Shown here piece after piece: positions 59,901-64,000 of a stretch of DNA of 64,000 bases. The first letter of the stretch is position 1. Each line of letters begins with the position of its first letter. The DNA lies in NCBI RefSeq assembly GCF_009914755.1, contig NC_060936.1; one strand, given 5' to 3'. Source of the DNA: the human T2T-CHM13v2.0 reference genome, Homo sapiens. Position numbers and translations under genes: made by a program. The notes beneath the pieces were generated by a model that was not told where the DNA came from, searched no databases, and saw only the letters and a program-made list of their open reading frames with translations.

Positions 59901-60329
59901 AATACTACCTTCCCTATGCAGAGGCTTTATTCGTATTTTCTTGTTCCATAATATATTTGCAAAACAAAAGCAAAGAGTCTCCTTGTTCGGCTGCTTTCTA
60001 TGTCTGACTATGCTGTTCCGGCTGATGCTCACTCACAAGCACCCCTTTCCCACCTTTGCCCTAGTGGGCTAGGTGCTGTCCTTACAGGCTCAGACATTCT
60101 CTATGAACATCTGAATTTGAGATGCCCATGCAGCCACACCGAAGCCCTTTTACCCTAATGAGCAGCAGTTATAGGACTTCTCCACCATAAACATACTTTG
60201 TCTTTGTGGCAATTTTATACATCCCTTCAGTAAAGCTTTGCTCACACTGTCCTCATAGCTGGGAGGCCTGCTAGCAAATCTCCCACATTTCTCTTTTAAT
60301 CCACAAGCATCACTCTCCACCTTAAAGTT

Positions 60330-60800
60330 CTCCACTGAATTCCCGTCATCTTAAAATACAATCCAATGATGAGGCCCTCCATGATCTGGCCTTTGCACTC
60401 TGACATCGTCGATCACTCTGCTACGCCTTGTAACAATGGCTTTCTTGTTTGTTTGTTTTTTTTTTTTGACACACCAGGGGGCCTGGTCATTCCTTCTGTC
60501 TGGGCCATTCTTCCCTTTGATCCTGCCATGCTGGCTCCTGGACATCACTTGGAAAGGCCTCCCCTGACCACTCATCTACAAGTCTGGCGTTCTCTGCTCC
60601 TGCTCATCCTGCTTCAGTGCTTCAAGCACAATCTGAAATGCTCTTATTAATTTGTTTACCTTCTGTCCCAACATCCTGCACATTAACTCCATAAAGGCAC
60701 AGACTTTCTTCCTATTTACCTGTCTATCTTTGTATCTACAATTGTGCAAGCACATGGTAGACATAAAGTAGACACAAGCTAAATGGATGAATGAATGAAC
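60330..60800 (+). mobile_element. L2 3' fragment
   Basis: aggccctccatgatctggcc; aaggcctcccctgacca; (tgaa)n end. Confidence 0.7.
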
Positions 60801-61316
60801 AAAGGCTGGTATCTCTCCCTTAGCATGTCAGTTTCCCTCTAAAGATATCCCCCATTCACTCTGCCTTAATAGCTAGCTTTTCTATGGCTAATATTCATGG
60901 CTGGGTTCCCATTGGTGATACCTCTGACATATGTTTACCTACTTATATTAAAATTTCAAGTTCCCCTTTATTATTAGTATATATACAAATAGTTATAAAA
61001 TCATAAAAAATAACATTTATGATTCTCTCGTCTATTCCTTTCTCAGTTCCTTAGTACCACGTCAGAATGGCAGTTTTTTTGCCACAGCTATTCACCAGTG
61101 TATATGGTGTTACCAAGACAATTTTCTAACTTGGTTTAAAGGCAAGTTCCTCCTTTAAAGTTCTTCCTAGTCTTTGCTGGATTCCTCCATTTCCAGGAAG
61201 AGCCCCTACTCTGATTGCTTAACCCATGGGCCAGGAACCTAGAGTTCACACTTTGGCATCATCAACATAAATCACTTCCCACGATCTCCCTTCTCTTCTA
61301 AGTCATGACCTTGAGC

Positions 61317-61320
<4 letters not shown>

Positions 61321-61358
<38 letters not shown>
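61321..61358. repeat. (GA)19 microsatellite
   Basis: Directly visible. Confidence 0.95.
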
Positions 61359-61362
<4 letters not shown>

Positions 61363-62749
61363 CCACTTGTTTCCCTAAGTCTTAATTCCCTTAGCAAGAC
61401 TTCAAAGTCATTTAAGAGGAACGAGAGGAACGTGATCCCCTCCGGGGGGTATAACAGGGGACCCTATTATGCTCCCTTCGGGGACAGCATAATCTCAACA
61501 ATTCACTTGTGCAGCTCCAATGACACACACCAGTGAGTCACATTCTTCCACTAATCTCTAGACATTGCCTTGGCTGCCTCTTCTCCCCTGGGGATCTTCC
61601 TTCCTGGAGTCTCTCTTCCCTCCTGGCAGAGCCCACTGTGGTATTAAAGCACACCAGGCTTGGGGTCAGAGGTTCTGAAGTCACATCTCAATCGTCATGT
61701 GAACTGGCTGTATGAACCTGGGAAAATCCCTCAGACCTCACTGAATCTGCCTCTTCAACTGGACACTTCATAGGATGGTTGCAAGGATTAAGGGCAAACA
61801 TGTCTGGGAACATCCTTTGTGAAGGATAAGGTGCTATTTGGCCATCAGTTGTGGCTATTAAGGTCTTCGGAGCCTCATTCTTTCTTCCATGCAGATGTAG
61901 AGCTAACAGGCAACCGTAAGCAGGAAGACACAGCACATCCCCGTAGGAAAAACCACTTCCTGCTGAGCAATCAAGCCACCTAATTCATACTTTTTCTACT
62001 GTAAGCATGAAGGAGCATACCCGTGCAACTTTATCCAGAACAGTCCATTGTTCTCCTCTAAAATGAGGACTCAGATACTCAGAAGGATGCCTCAGAGATA
62101 ATAATCTAAAGAAGGTATAGCTGGGTTAGATTGAAATAGTCATAAAAGGAGCCCTTTTTTTTTTTTTTTTTCCTTAGCTGGGAGCTCAGTGCCCCTCCAG
62201 GAGGGAGGAGAAAGCCACAGGCAGCCTTGTTTTCTTCTCATTAGAAACCAAGTCCTAGCCCGGCAGAGGCACATTCCACAGGGGCTGGTTGGGTTTGGGA
62301 GGAGGCCGGAGCACAGAAACATCTTCGGTCCCCCTTCTTGCCTTTCTATAACAAAATCTCAGCAGTAGCTTAAATCTCAGGAGGCCTGGGATGAAACACC
62401 ACCCAGGCCTGGCTGGACAGGAACAGACATAAGCCTGGAGCCCAAATGCTACTTGTGGCTTTTAAGAGCTTGGCATGACCCCAGTTAAGCAATTCTGGAA
62501 TCCACAGAGGCTCTCCCTTGACTCCCCTCTCCCCACACCCACTCTCCTGAGACCTTCCTGCAAAAAGCAATGCAGGATTGGCAACCACCTCGTGCTTCCT
62601 TTTTTTCTGCCAGCCATCTGTATTTCCAAAGGAATCAGGCCCCAAGTCTAACCACAGTGCTCAGTAAATGGAGGCTGCTTTCTGAACCTTCAAGCGGCCT
62701 TACAGCAGGCAGCCAGCTCTTCCCCCCTCACTACATGAAAGAGAGAGAA

Positions 62750-62752
<3 letters not shown>

Positions 62753-62788
<36 letters not shown>
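62753..62788. repeat. (GT)18 microsatellite
   Basis: Directly visible. Confidence 0.95.
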
Positions 62789-62790
<2 letters not shown>

Positions 62791-64000
62791 TTTAAGGCAA
62801 CACAAGAAGAGTCTGATGTTTGGTTAGATCTTACTATTATATTTTAAATGTCATCTTTTAGAGTCTTTTTTTCCCGGTTTCTAAGATTCACTTTGCCTTT
62901 GGATGGAAACTGTCTGCTGGAAAGACAGAGCTGCACTGTGAAGGAGAGTGAATCTGAGGCATGCTTAACAACAGCAGGCTCAAGTCAGGGTTGTGGAGCA
63001 AGGATCAGTCCCCAGGGTGAGTCTGAAGAGGCTGCGAAACACCCTCTATCCAGCTGGGAGTTTTGGGGCTTAGAATGTTTGGAGATGGACCCAACATCTC
63101 GCCCCAGGCTCATCATTGTATAGCAGGCTTTAAGTATGTATAAATCTAGTTTTGGGGGTCATATTTTGGCTCATTGGGTTCCTGAATTTATGTGTTGGAA
63201 GATATTTTCAGTAGGTATCTGAATGATATGATCCCTGGGAAAGTTACCCTGTGGGATGGAAGCTCTCCAAACAAATGCTACCTTGTTTTCTTTCTTTGGT
63301 CCTTGGAGTGTTCTTTAAATTAGTTGAAGCCTATAGGCCTTAAGCTGTGAACAACCTGATAGACTTCTGCTAATATAGTGCAAGTTAGATTCAGGCACAA
63401 ATAGTACCTTTGAATTGTGAGTGTGATTAATATTTGGTGATAAACAGAAGAGGGCTGGTAGCAGCCTAGCTTGTGCATACCTGGCTACCACCTGCTCATC
63501 TCCTTAGCCACAAGAAAGGCTGCTGGCTTTTTTTCCTCCATGAAAACTCTCCATAATGGGGCCCAAGCTCTGGTCCCCGACAATGCAGCTGCCCTGGAGG
63601 AAATCACCTGATTGGTAGGTTTAACCAACAGTCCCTAGGAAAATGCCTACCTCCCCACTTCTCCCTATCAGCACGCCTGAGCCAGACCCTGCCTGGAGTT
63701 CTGAGAGTAGTAAACATTTCTCTCTTTTGGCCTAAAGATTCTTCTTCTCACCAGGCCTATGGAAAATAGCAAGAGGCAACAGAGATTGCTCTCATTTTGC
63801 TGGTCAATGTTCTTTGGGAGACTCTACTGGGTTACAGCAGAGGTTTCACCGGTGGTAAGAAATATATCAATCCTGTTAACCCAACATATGCACAAACACA
63901 CGGCAAAAAACAATATTTACCCTAACTATGTGATATACACCGATATTTTCTTTCTATCCTGTGCTATTCAATTTGTTTAAAATGCTGCTCTCCATATACT

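Overview
Human (primate) genomic DNA containing the 3' part of PPM1H, a PP2C/PPM-family Mg2+/Mn2+ phosphatase that dephosphorylates LRRK2-phosphorylated Rabs, on the minus strand. The last four coding exons are at 52711-52774, 48468-48575, 25962-26113 and 7254-7401. They splice with canonical GT-AG and consistent phases. A ~4.5 kb 3'UTR ends near an AATAAA at 2781-2786. The rest is intronic or downstream DNA: ~30 Alu/FLAM copies, L1, L2, MIR, a CR1/L3 relic, MaLR and ERV1 solo LTRs (MER50-like, MER52-like), hAT/mariner MITEs, an RPL32 processed pseudogene, a U13 snoRNA retrocopy and microsatellites. Repeat subfamily names are by eye and need RepeatMasker/Dfam confirmation. I found no new gene or multi-gene system. 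The best leads are: (1) the penultimate exon begins AG|GTAAGA, a recursive/re-splicing configuration stronger than either neighbouring native donor; (2) the RPL32 pseudogene tail creates a U28-GCAG acceptor leading into an in-frame 99-codon antisense ORF, a candidate alternative last exon; (3) three independent non-Alu inverted duplications, namely a 180-bp copy of an LTR promoter core, a 40-bp pair bracketing 1.7 kb, and a pre-miRNA-like fold-back inside an L2.
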